DNA from: an uncultured bacterium
GTDB lineage: Bacteria; Patescibacteriota; Minisyncoccia; UBA6257; 2-01-FULL-56-20
Direction: 5' to 3'
DNA: 64,000 bases
Assembly (NCBI GenBank): GCA_963707865.1
Contig: OY970175.1
Location: 16,748 to 80,747 of the forward strand
The notes beneath the pieces are model-generated. The model saw only the letters and a list, made by a program, of their open reading frames with translations, made no database searches and had not been told where the DNA came from. How positions within the stretch are numbered: the first letter of the stretch is position 1; every line of letters begins with the position of its first letter. Positions 29,548 to 39,834 of the stretch are shown in pieces. A program made the translations under genes and the position numbers.

Positions 29548-31278
29548 ATGCCGTCGCCGACAACCGAACGTATCAAAAGCAAGCTGGACATCGTGGATTT
29601 CCTCCGCGGCTATTTGACGCTCACGCCCGCGGGGAAAAATTTCAGGGCGCTCTGTCCGTTCCATAAGGAGAAGACACCTTCGTTCATGGTGTCGCCTGAG
29701 CGGCAGTCGTGGCACTGCTTTGGGTGCGGCGTTGGCGGCGATATCTTTGCCTTCGTGATGCGTTACGAGAACATGGAATTTGGCGAAGCGCTCCGCCTGC
29801 TCGCGGAAAAAGCGGGCGTGGAACTGCGCCGCGAGAACCCCGCCGAGTACCGCTACACCGGCTTGCTCTACGACCTGAACGAGACAGCAAAAAATTATTT
29901 CAAGAAAGCGCTCGCGGCGGCGCCCGTTGCCAAACAATATCTCGCCGAACGCAGCTTGAAACCAGAAACGATTGAAGAGTTTGAACTCGGCTGGGCGCCG
30001 AATGAACCGGAGGCGCTCTCCATGTACCTTCTGAATTCCGGCAGCGCGCCGCAGGATCTTGTCCAGGCGGGGCTTTCCATAAAGACCGAGCGCGGCCTCA
30101 TGCTTGACCGCTTCCGCGGGCGCATCATGTTCCCGATCCATAATCATCAGGGCAAAGTGGTCGGCTTCACCGGCCGCATTCTTCCGCAGATAGAAAAAAT
30201 GCTCGCCGCGAATAAGGGACAGGAAGCTGCAAAATATGTGAACAGCCCCGAGACACCAATCTTTCAAAAATCACGCCTTCTCTACGGATTTTGGAAAAGC
30301 AAAGACGCCATCCGCGATGCAAAGTCGGCGTTCCTTGTAGAAGGCCAAATGGATTTTTTGATGAGCTGGCAATCCGGGGTGAAAAACGTAATCGCGAGTT
30401 CGGGCACCGCTTTGACTGCCGACCATCTGCGGTCGCTTCACCGCCTCGCCGATGAATTGATAGTGAGCTTTGATAATGACGTCGCCGGTTCCGACGCTGC
30501 GGAGCGGGCGATTGACCTTGCCGAGGCAAACGACTTTGCGGTGAAAGTGGCCATCATGAAAGATTTTAAAGATGCGGCCGATGCCGTGCAGGCAGACCCT
30601 TTGAATGTGCAAAAAGCGGTGAGCGGCGCCGTGGCTGCCCCTATCTTCTATTTTGATAAATACCTTCCGGAAGATCCTGAAAAATTGAAAACGCGCGAAG
30701 GTCTGTGGCAGCTCCGCGCCGTGCTCGGAAAACTGAAGAACATCGCGAGTCCCGTGGAGCGCGGCTTTTGGCTGAAGGACCTTTCCGTGCGCTCGGGCAT
30801 TGCGGAAAAAACACTGGAGGAGGAGATGGCGAGGGCGAACGCCGCGGGCATTCCGGCCGCCGCGCCGAAAGAAGAAATGGCGCCAAAGCGCGAGGTGGGG
30901 CGCGCCGAGCTCATCGTTGAAGCATTGCTCGCCGCCGCGCTCGCAAAAAATGATTTCGCAATATTTGATGACTGCGCGACATTTTTGGATCCCATCCAAA
31001 AGGAGATTCTCCGTATACTGAAGAGCGGAAAGACAAAGAGCGAAGACCCATCGCTGGACGAAACGATCGGTCTCATTGTCCTCCGCGCCCCGGGCGACAT
31101 CGCGCTCGAAGAAATTGAGGCGCTCAAAGCCGAGCTCTCAAAGGAATATTATAAAGAGCGTCGCAAAATCCTCGCGCAGGCGATAAAGAACGCCGAGGCC
31201 CGCGGCAATGAGACGGAGCTCAAAGCGGCATTGGAGGAATTGAAAAACTTACCGGTGATCATGGGAGGGGAGTCCTAG
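29548..31278 (+). CDS. dnaG: DNA primase
   Basis: CHC2 zinc finger (CPFHKEKTPSF...HCFGCG), RNA polymerase domain, TOPRIM (EGQMDFL). Confidence 0.9.
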   Translation: MPSPTTERIKSKLDIVDFLRGYLTLTPAGKNFRALCPFHKEKTPSFMVSPERQSWHCFGCGVGGDIFAFVMRYENMEFGEALRLLAEKAGVELRRENPAEYRYTGLLYDLNETAKNYFKKALAAAPVAKQYLAERSLKPETIEEFELGWAPNEPEALSMYLLNSGSAPQDLVQAGLSIKTERGLMLDRFRGRIMFPIHNHQGKVVGFTGRILPQIEKMLAANKGQEAAKYVNSPETPIFQKSRLLYGFWKSKDAIRDAKSAFLVEGQMDFLMSWQSGVKNVIASSGTALTADHLRSLHRLADELIVSFDNDVAGSDAAERAIDLAEANDFAVKVAIMKDFKDAADAVQADPLNVQKAVSGAVAAPIFYFDKYLPEDPEKLKTREGLWQLRAVLGKLKNIASPVERGFWLKDLSVRSGIAEKTLEEEMARANAAGIPAAAPKEEMAPKREVGRAELIVEALLAAALAKNDFAIFDDCATFLDPIQKEILRILKSGKTKSEDPSLDETIGLIVLRAPGDIALEEIEALKAELSKEYYKERRKILAQAIKNAEARGNETELKAALEELKNLPVIMGGES

Positions 31279-31452
31279 TTCGTTTCTTAATTGGTATCAA
31301 TGCCCCAGGCGCCGTATGCGCTATATATTTTCTGCAGAGGTCGCGGACGATTGACATGGCGCATTCACCATAGCGCAGGGGTCATTAAAAGAAGCTAAAA
31401 TACAGCGCGCTTGCTAAACGGCGAAAAATAATCAATAATAAAGCATTCTCTG

Positions 31453-32673
31453 ATGCCCACCCGCCACAAGAAGCCCAAGAAGAGGCCGCAAAAAAAGGGC
31501 GGTGCGAAAAAGCGCACCCTCAAACGAAAGGCGGCGAAAACGAAGGCCGCAAAAGGAAAAAAGAAAAAGCCACTTTCAAAGCTTGAGAAAGCCGTCAAGG
31601 CAAACGCGGCGGAGATTGAGGAGCTCATTGAGCGCGGCCGGCCGCGCGGATTCGTGACGGACAACGAGATTCTTTACTATTTCCCGAAGATAGAGGACAG
31701 CGTGGAATTGCTTGACGAGATCTACAATCGGCTGGAAAAAGCCGGGATTAAAGTGATTGAAACGAGCGCGCTTATAGATTTCTCAAAGGACGAAGGAGAA
31801 AAAAACATTGACGAATCCCTGGCGTTTGAAGGCGACGTGCCGGACGCCGTGCAGATGTATTTGAAGGAGATAGGGAAGACGCCGCTCCTCACAAAAGACG
31901 AAGAACGCGAGCTCGCGAAGCACGCGGAGAAAGGAGACGAGGATGCGCGCCAGAAATTGATGAAGGCCAATTTACGTTTGGTGGTTTCCATTGCAAAGCG
32001 TTACGTGAACCGCACGCCACACTTGAGCATTCTTGATCTCATCCAAGAGGGGAACATCGGTCTCTCGCGCGCGGTGGAAAAATTTGACTATCGGCGCGGA
32101 TTCAAATTCTCTACGTACGCAACGTGGTGGATCCGCCAGGCGATCACGCGTGCACTTGCCGACCAATCGCGTACCGTCCGCATTCCGGTACACATGGTGG
32201 AGACGATTTCCAAATATACGCAGGTGCGCCGGCAGCTCATTCAGGAGCTAGGTCGCGATCCCTTGGCAGAAGAGATCGCCGCGGAGATGGGAATAGACGT
32301 GGATAGGGTGCGCCACATCCAGAAAATTTCGCAGGAAGTACTTTCCATTGAAACGCCGATTGGCGACGAGGAAGATTCCACGCTTTCCGATTTCATCCCC
32401 GACGAACGAAATGCAACGCCATCCCAGCTCACCGCGCGCGCGATGCTCCGCGACCTCATCCGCGAGATCATGATTGACCTCACGGAACGCGAACAGCAGA
32501 TTTTGAAGATGCGGTTCGGCCTTGATGATGGCATCAGCCACACGCTTGAGGAAGTGGGGAGGGCTTTCGGCGTCACGCGCGAACGCATCCGGCAGATTGA
32601 GGCGAAGGCGCTGGAGAAGATCCGCGAGCACGGCAAGGCACCGGCGCTCGAAGGATTTGAGAACCTCCCGTAG
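31453..32673 (+). CDS. rpoD: RNA polymerase sigma-70 factor with Lys-rich N-terminal extension
   Basis: Region 2 ([14 protein letters not shown]), region 3 and region 4 ([11 protein letters not shown]) motifs; classic dnaG-rpoD arrangement. Confidence 0.9.
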   Translation: MPTRHKKPKKRPQKKGGAKKRTLKRKAAKTKAAKGKKKKPLSKLEKAVKANAAEIEELIERGRPRGFVTDNEILYYFPKIEDSVELLDEIYNRLEKAGIKVIETSALIDFSKDEGEKNIDESLAFEGDVPDAVQMYLKEIGKTPLLTKDEERELAKHAEKGDEDARQKLMKANLRLVVSIAKRYVNRTPHLSILDLIQEGNIGLSRAVEKFDYRRGFKFSTYATWWIRQAITRALADQSRTVRIPVHMVETISKYTQVRRQLIQELGRDPLAEEIAAEMGIDVDRVRHIQKISQEVLSIETPIGDEEDSTLSDFIPDERNATPSQLTARAMLRDLIREIMIDLTEREQQILKMRFGLDDGISHTLEEVGRAFGVTRERIRQIEAKALEKIREHGKAPALEGFENLP

Positions 32674-32831
32674 CCCGCACTGCAACTCACTGCATCCGAA
32701 AGTTTGATATACTCGACTAGCTGGGTTTATCGTCCGACCGCCTGGGCGATAATAATAACCCCGGGAAGTTGAAGCTTCGGCGCCTTATATAGAAAAAGTG
32801 ACTGGAATTCGGTAGGAAATCTTTTAATAAC

Positions 32832-32855
32832 TTTTTAATGTCCTCTGAGTATAAT
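32832..32855 (+). promoter_or_regulatory. promoter-like box TTTTTAATG-N9-TATAAT (copy B); -10 overlaps the first in-frame ATG, implying a leaderless transcript
   Basis: AACTTTTTAATGTCCTCTGAGTATAATGCTCATGATG; almost identical to copy C 337 bp downstream. Confidence 0.5.
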
Positions 32856-32859
32856 GCTC

Positions 32860-33153
32860 ATGATGGACATCGTTGAAATTCTGAATTATCTCGGCATAAC
32901 GCATGACAGGGCGCTTCCTTTCGCCATACTTATAGTGGCGATGGTTTATATTAGCTATGCTTTTACCGCGCCGATAAAACGATCTGTCTCAAAAATATCC
33001 AATGCGATATTGGAAATACAGACGATATTTCACCAGGATGGCGTGGACTTGAAATGCCATCTTGCAGAAAGAACGGGCAGCCCGTTGCGGCCCACCCGAT
33101 ACGGTAAGCAGCTCATCATGGAAAGCGGCCTGGAAACCATCTTGAATGAATAG
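32860..33153 (+). CDS. small hypothetical protein (one TM helix), accessory cassette gene
   Basis: ORF track 32854-33153; the ATG at 32854 lies inside the -10 box so 32860/32863 is the more likely start; no homology recognised. Confidence 0.35.
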   Translation: MMDIVEILNYLGITHDRALPFAILIVAMVYISYAFTAPIKRSVSKISNAILEIQTIFHQDGVDLKCHLAERTGSPLRPTRYGKQLIMESGLETILNE

Positions 33154-33167
33154 GACGGTTTTATAAT

Positions 33168-33191
33168 TTTTTAATGCGCGGTGAGTATAAT
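33168..33191 (+). promoter_or_regulatory. promoter-like box TTTTTTAATG-N9-TATAAT (copy C) upstream of hicB
   Basis: ATTTTTTAATGCGCGGTGAGTATAATGCTT; a GGAG ribosome-binding site lies 8 nt before the hicB ATG. Confidence 0.5.
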
Positions 33192-33243
33192 GCTTTGCAA
33201 AGGTCGCAAAGCAGGCGTTGTTATTTTTATGGAGATGCATACA

Positions 33244-33480
33244 ATGGAATCTGTGAAGACAAAATATAAATTCCCGTACATCATTGAGGAGGACGAGGAT
33301 GGATTTTATGCTACCTGTCCGGCCCTCAAGGGGTGTTCCACGCAGGGCGATACTTGCGAGGAGGCATTGGCCAACATCAAAGACGCAATTTGGTTATGCC
33401 TTAAGGTCATGGAAGATGATGGCGAAAAGATTTCGGAACCGAAGGCATCCGACTTGCCTACAGTAGAAGTCACTATATAG
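33244..33480 (+). CDS. hicB: HicB-family antitoxin (UPF0150)
   Basis: YIIEEDEDGFYATCPALKGCSTQGDTCEEALANIKDAI matches the HicB RNase-H-like fold consensus; 79 aa from the GGAG-preceded ATG. Confidence 0.6.
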   Translation: MESVKTKYKFPYIIEEDEDGFYATCPALKGCSTQGDTCEEALANIKDAIWLCLKVMEDDGEKISEPKASDLPTVEVTI

Positions 33481-33484
33481 TATC

Positions 33485-33721
33485 GTGTCGAAACTTCCTC
33501 GTATTACCGCTCGCGAAGCGGCGGCTCGGTTAACATTGCTTGGCTTTCGACCGGTATGTCAGAAAGGAAGCCATAAGCGTTATCAAGATGTAAATGGGAG
33601 GGGCGTAGCGATCCCATTCCACGGATCAAAAATTCTTCATCCCAAGATCCTGAAAGATATCATGCGTCAGGCGGGGATTGCGGAGTGGCGACGCGTTGCA
33701 ATTCCGCCGATTTTATCTTAA
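33485..33721 (+). CDS. hicA: HicA-family mRNA interferase toxin
   Basis: LLGFRPVCQKGSHKRYQ...GVAIPFHGSKILHPKILKDIMRQAGI matches the HicA/YcfA consensus (GSH, basic dsRBD-like fold); 5-nt gap after hicB. Confidence 0.65.
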   Translation: MSKLPRITAREAAARLTLLGFRPVCQKGSHKRYQDVNGRGVAIPFHGSKILHPKILKDIMRQAGIAEWRRVAIPPILS

Positions 33722-33732
33722 CTTTTAGATAC

Positions 33733-35514
33733 ATGGAATCAGCCGAAATCCGCAAAAAATTTCTTGAGTTCTTCAAAACGCGCGGACACGTGATCGTGCC
33801 CTCGTCGTCGCTCGTGCCGGACGATCCGTCGGTGCTTCTCACGACCGCCGGCATGCAGCAGTTCAAGCGTTATTACACGGGTGAGCTTGATGCGCGCAAG
33901 GATTTTCACTTGCCCGACGGCGCACCGGCGAAAGGCGTCGTTTCCATCCAGAAATGTTTCCGCACCTCAGATATTGACGAAGTAGGGGATGAATCACATC
34001 TCACGTTCTTTGAAATGCTCGGCAATTTCAGTTTCGGCGGCTACGGGAAAGAAGAGGCGGTCCAATATGCGCATGAATTTATCACTAAAGAAATGGGACT
34101 TGCTATTGATTATGTGTCGGTCTTTGAGGGAGATCGCGATGTGCCCGCCGACGAGGGATCGGAGAAGATATGGAAGTCACTTGATTCAAAGATCAAGATT
34201 GAACGGCACGGTCGTGAGGATAACTTCTGGGGTCCGACTGGTCCGGAGGGTCCCTGCGGCCCTACGGTGGAGATTTATGTAAAAAATGGTGCAGGAAAGA
34301 GCGTAGAGGTTTGGAACCTTGTTTTCAATCAATACTACCGGCACGCGGATGGACGGCTCGCGCCGCTCAAGATGCTGGGCATTGACACCGGCATGGGCTT
34401 TGAGCGCCTCGCGATGGTATCGCAAAAAACGCCCACCATTTTTGAGACAGATTTGTTTGTGCCGATTATCGATCTTCTCCCCAAAGGGGTCGATGATCTT
34501 GAGAAACGGATCCTCGTCGACCACGTGCGGAGCATTGCCTTCTTGGTCTCCGATGGCGTGCGTCCTTCAAATAAGGAAGCGGGGTACGTACTTCGTCGTT
34601 TGATGCGGCGAGCGATTGTGCACGCAGGGCAACTTGCGCCGGGTATCGGTGAGAATACCGATTACCGCATTGTCGCAAGAGAAACCATGGAAAAACTGAT
34701 TGGGAAAGTTGCAGAGATGTACGGGTCCGCGTATCAGGAATTGGACCCCAAAATAGTAACTAGTGTCTTTGGAGAAGAGAATGGCAAATTTCAAAAAACG
34801 TTAGATGCAGGTTTGAGAGAGCTTCATAAATTGAAAACGGTTGATGTTCCTGCCGTATTTAAATTGTATGAGAGTTACGGGTTGCCCTACGATATTATAA
34901 AAGATATTGCGCCAGAGAGAACAAAAAATCTGAGTCGAGAAGATTTTGATAAGGAGTTCAAAAAACACCAGGAACTTTCCCGCGCCGGAGCCAAGAAAAA
35001 ATTCGGCGGGCACGGGCTGGTCTTGGATACAGGCGAGCTTAAAGCGGGGAACGAAGAGGAAATGAAGAAAGTGTTGCGCCTCCACACAGCGACGCATTTG
35101 CTCCAGCAGGCGCTCCGCGAGGTTTTGGGCCCTGACGTGCGTCAGACGGGATCCGATATCACGCCCGAACGCACGCGCTTTGACTTTTCCTTCCCGCGAA
35201 AGTTGACGTCCGAGGAAATTAAAAAAACGGAAGAGATTGTGAACCAAAAGATCAAAGAAGACCTGCCGGTAAGCTTCAAAGAAATGCCAAGAAATGAGGC
35301 GGAGGGCGTGGGTGCACTCCACTTTTTCAAAGAGAAATATCCCGAGAAGGTGAAGGTGTATTACGTGGGCCGCGACTTGGCACACGCGTGGAGCAAGGAG
35401 TTCTGCGGCGGGCCGCATGTTGCGCATACTGGGGAGATCGGCCACTTCAGAATTGTGAAGGAAGAAGCGGTGGGCGCCGGCATTCGCCGCGTGCGCGGGA
35501 TGTTGGATAATTGA
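33733..35514 (+). CDS. alaS: alanyl-tRNA synthetase (compact, no C-Ala domain)
   Basis: Class II catalytic core (FFEMLGNFSFG, WGPTGPEGPCGP), editing domain HTATHLL and CGGPHV (HxxxH/CxxxH); start trimmed to MESAEIRKKF after the hicA stop. Confidence 0.85.
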   Translation: MESAEIRKKFLEFFKTRGHVIVPSSSLVPDDPSVLLTTAGMQQFKRYYTGELDARKDFHLPDGAPAKGVVSIQKCFRTSDIDEVGDESHLTFFEMLGNFSFGGYGKEEAVQYAHEFITKEMGLAIDYVSVFEGDRDVPADEGSEKIWKSLDSKIKIERHGREDNFWGPTGPEGPCGPTVEIYVKNGAGKSVEVWNLVFNQYYRHADGRLAPLKMLGIDTGMGFERLAMVSQKTPTIFETDLFVPIIDLLPKGVDDLEKRILVDHVRSIAFLVSDGVRPSNKEAGYVLRRLMRRAIVHAGQLAPGIGENTDYRIVARETMEKLIGKVAEMYGSAYQELDPKIVTSVFGEENGKFQKTLDAGLRELHKLKTVDVPAVFKLYESYGLPYDIIKDIAPERTKNLSREDFDKEFKKHQELSRAGAKKKFGGHGLVLDTGELKAGNEEEMKKVLRLHTATHLLQQALREVLGPDVRQTGSDITPERTRFDFSFPRKLTSEEIKKTEEIVNQKIKEDLPVSFKEMPRNEAEGVGALHFFKEKYPEKVKVYYVGRDLAHAWSKEFCGGPHVAHTGEIGHFRIVKEEAVGAGIRRVRGMLDN

Positions 35515-35567
35515 GATCATAGGAAGCGGTGCTTAACAAGTTCTCACTTGGGCGCTAAAATGAAATT

Positions 35568-36761
35568 GTGAACCTGGATTTCTTCCGGTCGCGGGAAAAG
35601 TTTTTGATATTGGAGATCACGCCCAAAGGCACGAACGGACTATTCTTAAGCGTGGACGAGGGCCGGAATATCGTGGTGGAAAAATTTGTGAGGCAGGACA
35701 ATCTCAAAAAATTTCTGAGGACGCCCGCGCGGCGCGTTTCCGAAACAACATGGGAGGGGAAACGCCTCTTCCATTCGCGGCGGCGCGTGGTCGCAGTGGC
35801 GGATGCAGCACTCGCGACTACGATCCCTATCCCCCTTGTGCTTTCCCGCGAACGCGCGAATGCGAAGACGAAAATCACGATCGCGGAACTTGAGAATCTG
35901 ATTGCGCAGGCGATGGCGAAGATTTTCAACGGATGCCGGAGCGAGGCGGCGAAGCGGTTCGGGGTGGACGAATTAGATGCGGTCCTCGTCGGCGCGCATG
36001 CAAAGCATTTCAAGGTGGATCGCAAGGCGCATGCGAGCCCCGTGGGCGGAACAGGGAAGAAAATTTCGCTGCTTTTGGAATTTACCTTTACGACGCGCGC
36101 GATTTTTGGAGACCTCAGGCCGTTCTTCAACTCCCCGGAAGGACTCTTCTTTAGAGAAGCTCCACAGGCGCGCCTCCGCGCGCTCGCGCGCATGCGCCCG
36201 CTGCCGCTCAACGTAATTGCGGCGGACAGCGAAGGCGCCTCGCTCTATGTGTTGGAAAGACCGAAGGGGAACTATGCGGTGCTCTATCGCGAGAGGCTGG
36301 ATTGGTCCTTTTCGTCGCTCATCAAAAAAGTGGTGGAAGCCCTTGCGGTGACGGAAACAGCCGCGCAAGAGCTCTATTGCCGTTATCATCAAAAAGAAAT
36401 GTCGGCACATGCGGCGCGCGCGTTCAAGCCCATCGTGGAATCCCCGCTGCGCGATTTTCTGGAAACGATAGAAAAGAAAAAGATCAAAGGACCGACGTAT
36501 GTGGACATGCCGCATGCACTGCCGTTCGCATTACCCCACAAACACGGCAAGGCGACACTCGCGGAGTATCCCGTAGAAGAGTTGATGGGAAAATTCGGGT
36601 TCAATCTTTCTCTGGCGGTGCGGGAGAAGGTGCGGGGAGAGGGCGAAGGCGAACGTGCCGTCCTCCGGTCACTCTTCTACTTTATAGAAGCTTATATTGA
36701 CGAGGATCGATCTCTCATCAACCAAAAGCTCCGCCGCCGGCTTCATTGGCTTGCGGAGTGA
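35568..36761 (+). CDS. hypothetical protein, possibly actin-like ATPase (PilM/FtsA-like)
   Basis: 397 aa; N-terminal FLILEITPKGTNGLFLSVDEG resembles a sugar-kinase/actin-fold phosphate-1 region; weak. Confidence 0.3.
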   Translation: MNLDFFRSREKFLILEITPKGTNGLFLSVDEGRNIVVEKFVRQDNLKKFLRTPARRVSETTWEGKRLFHSRRRVVAVADAALATTIPIPLVLSRERANAKTKITIAELENLIAQAMAKIFNGCRSEAAKRFGVDELDAVLVGAHAKHFKVDRKAHASPVGGTGKKISLLLEFTFTTRAIFGDLRPFFNSPEGLFFREAPQARLRALARMRPLPLNVIAADSEGASLYVLERPKGNYAVLYRERLDWSFSSLIKKVVEALAVTETAAQELYCRYHQKEMSAHAARAFKPIVESPLRDFLETIEKKKIKGPTYVDMPHALPFALPHKHGKATLAEYPVEELMGKFGFNLSLAVREKVRGEGEGERAVLRSLFYFIEAYIDEDRSLINQKLRRRLHWLAE

Positions 36762-36812
36762 CGCGACACGGCCTGTCGGAAATGTGGTATACTTTTTATA
36801 ACTTGTGTCCAA

Positions 36813-38504
36813 ATGAAAAAAATAACCGTTCTTAAAGAGGAAGGTGTTGCGGAGGTCATTGACCGCATTCTTAACGAACCGGACGAAGAGATCGTGCTTG
36901 TCATCACGACCGGATCCGCGCTCGGGCATTCGGTGCGCAATTTTCACCTTTTGAAGCGCGAGGCCTCCGCGGAAGGAAAGACGGTGGTCATAGAATCCGT
37001 GGACGAGACAATTCTCGCCTTTGCGAAAGAAAGCGGTCTTGAAGGAAGCCATCCGCTCTGGCGCGGCGTGCGTGGCGCAGGCGGCGTTTCGGATATTGTT
37101 CCCGTAAGCGAGGAAGCAGAAGAGACGCAACCGCCGAAGAAGCGCGGCAGGAAAAAGACGGAGGGGACAAGGCTCGTCGTGCACGAGGAGCCGCCCGTGG
37201 GCGGGGATGAATCCGATGAGGGCGAGATCGCAGAGGAAGCGGTCGCCATTGAGGAAGCGGAGCACAGGTTTTTCAGAAGAAGAAACCCCGCGGAACTTGC
37301 GGAACGGTCCGGCCGAGAAGAAGGGGAAGAGGAAGAAGCGGAAAAAAGGACCCGCCGCTCGATACCCCGCAAGTTTGTTATTTGGGTTCCGGGCGTGGTT
37401 GTCCTTATACTCATCATTCTTGGCGTGATGACGTGGTATTTCGGGCATGCGACCATCGCCATTGATTTCCAAAAAACGCCGTGGACCTATAGCGGTACTC
37501 TCGTAGCGGATAAGTCCTTTGCGACAACGATGCAGAAAGCGGGCGCGATCACGATTCCGGCGCAGATATTCTCCGCGCAAAAGAACACCACCCAACTTTT
37601 CCCGGCATCCGGCAATGCGAACGTGTCAATCAAGGCGCAGGGAACCATCACGATTTACAACGCCTACAGTTCTTCAAAGCAGGACCTTGTGGCTGCCACG
37701 CGTTTTGTGACGCCGGACGGAAAACTGTTCCGGCTCGCGAGCGGCGTCACCGTGCCGGGCGCGCAGGTGACGAATGGTGCGATTGTACCGTCTTCCATTG
37801 ACGCGCAGGTCGTTGCCGACCAGCCAGGGGCAGATTATAACGTGGGTCCCGTAGATAAATTGACCATCCCCGGTTTCCAAGGTTCTCCCAAGTATAATGC
37901 GTTCTATGGTCAGTTGAAGAACGGAACAAGCGGTGGCTTTGTGGGGGCAAAAGCAGTGCCGACCACAGCGGACGTCGCGAGTGCAAAAACAAAGGTGACG
38001 AGTCTCCTGCAGGCGAATCTTGTGAGCAACATCACGGCGAGTTACCCCAGCAACTTCAAGATTTTGGATGGCGCAACGAACATTAGTGTGACAAAACTCA
38101 CCGCGAACACCTCAACGGACAGCAACGGCAACTTCAGCGTCTTCGGGGAGGCTTCGCTCCAGGCGATCGGTTTCAACGAGGCAGCACTTAAGGCATATCT
38201 CCTTGCACAAGCGCAGGCGCAAGAAGCGAACTCAACCTTCAGTTCGTCCACGCTAGAATACAGTGGAGTAAAGGCGGATTTTACAAAAGGAACAGTAAGC
38301 TTCTCGGTCACGGGCGAGGGGACGCTTGAACCTGTTTTTGATGCGGATGCGTTCAAGGCAAGTATCGCGGGAAAGAGCATCAATGATGCCCGCCAAGCGA
38401 TTGCGGCGCTCCCTGAGCTTGCGGACGGCAAGATTTCCGCGTGGCCCGTATGGCTCTGGAACATCCCTTCCAACCTCAATAAGATCTGGTTAGCCGTAAA
38501 TTGA
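36813..38504 (+). CDS. hypothetical membrane protein (cytoplasmic N-domain, Glu-rich linker, one TM helix, large extracytoplasmic domain)
   Basis: 563 aa; TM helix FVIWVPGVVVLILIILGVMTWYF; no recognised domain. Confidence 0.4.
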   Translation: MKKITVLKEEGVAEVIDRILNEPDEEIVLVITTGSALGHSVRNFHLLKREASAEGKTVVIESVDETILAFAKESGLEGSHPLWRGVRGAGGVSDIVPVSEEAEETQPPKKRGRKKTEGTRLVVHEEPPVGGDESDEGEIAEEAVAIEEAEHRFFRRRNPAELAERSGREEGEEEEAEKRTRRSIPRKFVIWVPGVVVLILIILGVMTWYFGHATIAIDFQKTPWTYSGTLVADKSFATTMQKAGAITIPAQIFSAQKNTTQLFPASGNANVSIKAQGTITIYNAYSSSKQDLVAATRFVTPDGKLFRLASGVTVPGAQVTNGAIVPSSIDAQVVADQPGADYNVGPVDKLTIPGFQGSPKYNAFYGQLKNGTSGGFVGAKAVPTTADVASAKTKVTSLLQANLVSNITASYPSNFKILDGATNISVTKLTANTSTDSNGNFSVFGEASLQAIGFNEAALKAYLLAQAQAQEANSTFSSSTLEYSGVKADFTKGTVSFSVTGEGTLEPVFDADAFKASIAGKSINDARQAIAALPELADGKISAWPVWLWNIPSNLNKIWLAVN

Positions 38505-38579
38505 ATGTTTGACAAACAATGGAAAGGAGCGCTATAATCGTTCCGTTGCTTCCACTATGAGCATGAGCTCGGTTTTTAT

Positions 38580-38792
38580 TTGGGAATGACGGAAGGCGCG
38601 AAGGAAGGAAAAGTCCTGGAAGCCTTGCCGAGCTTGACGTTCCGGGTACAGCTCCCGGGAAGCGAGGCGCCTGTTCTCGCGCACCTCGCGGGGAAGATGA
38701 AGATGCACAATATCCGGGTCCTTCCCGGCGATCGGGTGCTCGTCATACTTTCCCCCGATGGCACGCGAGGGCGTATCGTACGCCGGCTCTAG
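38580..38792 (+). CDS. infA: translation initiation factor IF-1
   Basis: S1-like OB fold; [20 protein letters not shown]...GRIVRR conserved. Confidence 0.85.
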   Translation: MGMTEGAKEGKVLEALPSLTFRVQLPGSEAPVLAHLAGKMKMHNIRVLPGDRVLVILSPDGTRGRIVRRL

Positions 38793-38823
38793 ACGGAGCA
38801 TAGTACAAACGTGCACGCTATCC

Positions 38824-38937
38824 ATGAAAGTGCGAAGTTCGGTAAAAAAAATGTGTGCGAGTTGCCAGGTTGTCAAACGCCGCGGCAAAATTTATATTGT
38901 GTGCAAAAATCCAAAACATAAACAGCGGCAGGGTTAG
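38824..38937 (+). CDS. rpmJ: 50S ribosomal protein L36
   Basis: Hand translation: [37 protein letters not shown] (37 aa, C-x2-C...C-x4-H zinc ribbon); absent from ORF track because it is under 60 aa. Confidence 0.8.
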   Translation: MKVRSSVKKMCASCQVVKRRGKIYIVCKNPKHKQRQG

Positions 38938-38953
38938 TCCCTGCATTTTCCCT

Positions 38954-39337
38954 ATGCGCATTCTTGGCGTTAACATTCCAGACAATAAAAGAACGGAAAT
39001 CGCACTCACGTATCTATATGGCATTGGGCGGTCTTTGAGTGAGAAAACGCTTGCGGCGGCGAAAATAGACGGAGGAAAACGCGCGAAGGATCTTACTGCC
39101 GACGAGGTCGCGCGCATTCAGGGCTTTATAGAAAAGAATTTTGCGGTGGAAGGCGTACTTCGCCAGCGGATAAAGGGTAATATCAACCGCTTGAAGGAAT
39201 TACAGACCTATCGCGGCATGCGGCACCTTCGCCGCCTGCCTGTCCGCGGTCAGCGCACGCGCACGAATTCCCGCACTGTCCGTGGGAACGTAAGAAAGAC
39301 CGCCGGCAGCGGCAAGAGAAAGGTTGAACTCAAGTAA
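38954..39337 (+). CDS. rpsM: 30S ribosomal protein S13
   Basis: MRILGVNIPDNKR; start trimmed from ORF 38855 to the conserved N-terminus. Confidence 0.9.
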   Translation: MRILGVNIPDNKRTEIALTYLYGIGRSLSEKTLAAAKIDGGKRAKDLTADEVARIQGFIEKNFAVEGVLRQRIKGNINRLKELQTYRGMRHLRRLPVRGQRTRTNSRTVRGNVRKTAGSGKRKVELK

Positions 39338-39342
39338 CATCC

Positions 39343-39798
39343 ATGGGAAAGAAAAAGATCACGACGCCGTCGGCGGAGGGAGCCCAGAAGACGCCCGAAG
39401 GGGTGAGTTCGGCTGCGGCAAAGGCGGCGCCTCCCGCGAAGCGCGCGAAGAAGGTCACGCAGGGGAGGGTGTACATCAATGCTTCCTATAACAACACGAC
39501 GATTACGGTAACCGACGAGCGGGGCGACGTACTCACGTGGGCGTCGGCGGGTTCGCTTGGTTTCTCGGGACCGAAAAAGGCGACGCCGTTCGCTTCGTCA
39601 AAGGTGATCGCTGCGATCGCCGAGAAGATCCAAGCAACGGGCCCTGCGGACATCCATGTGATCGTAAAAGGCATCGGCTCCGGCCGCGATTCGGCCATTC
39701 GATCGCTCATCAATCAAGGATTCAATATTCTCTCCATAAAAGATGCTACGCCGATCCCGCACAATGGGCCTCGTCCGCCCAAAGTCCGCCGCGTTTAG
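39343..39798 (+). CDS. rpsK: 30S ribosomal protein S11
   Basis: GRVYINASYNNTTITVTD and KGIGSGRDSAIRSL motifs. Confidence 0.9.
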   Translation: MGKKKITTPSAEGAQKTPEGVSSAAAKAAPPAKRAKKVTQGRVYINASYNNTTITVTDERGDVLTWASAGSLGFSGPKKATPFASSKVIAAIAEKIQATGPADIHVIVKGIGSGRDSAIRSLINQGFNILSIKDATPIPHNGPRPPKVRRV

Positions 39799-39834
39799 TC
39801 ATTAGAAATTGGACATTAGAAATTAGAAATTTTC

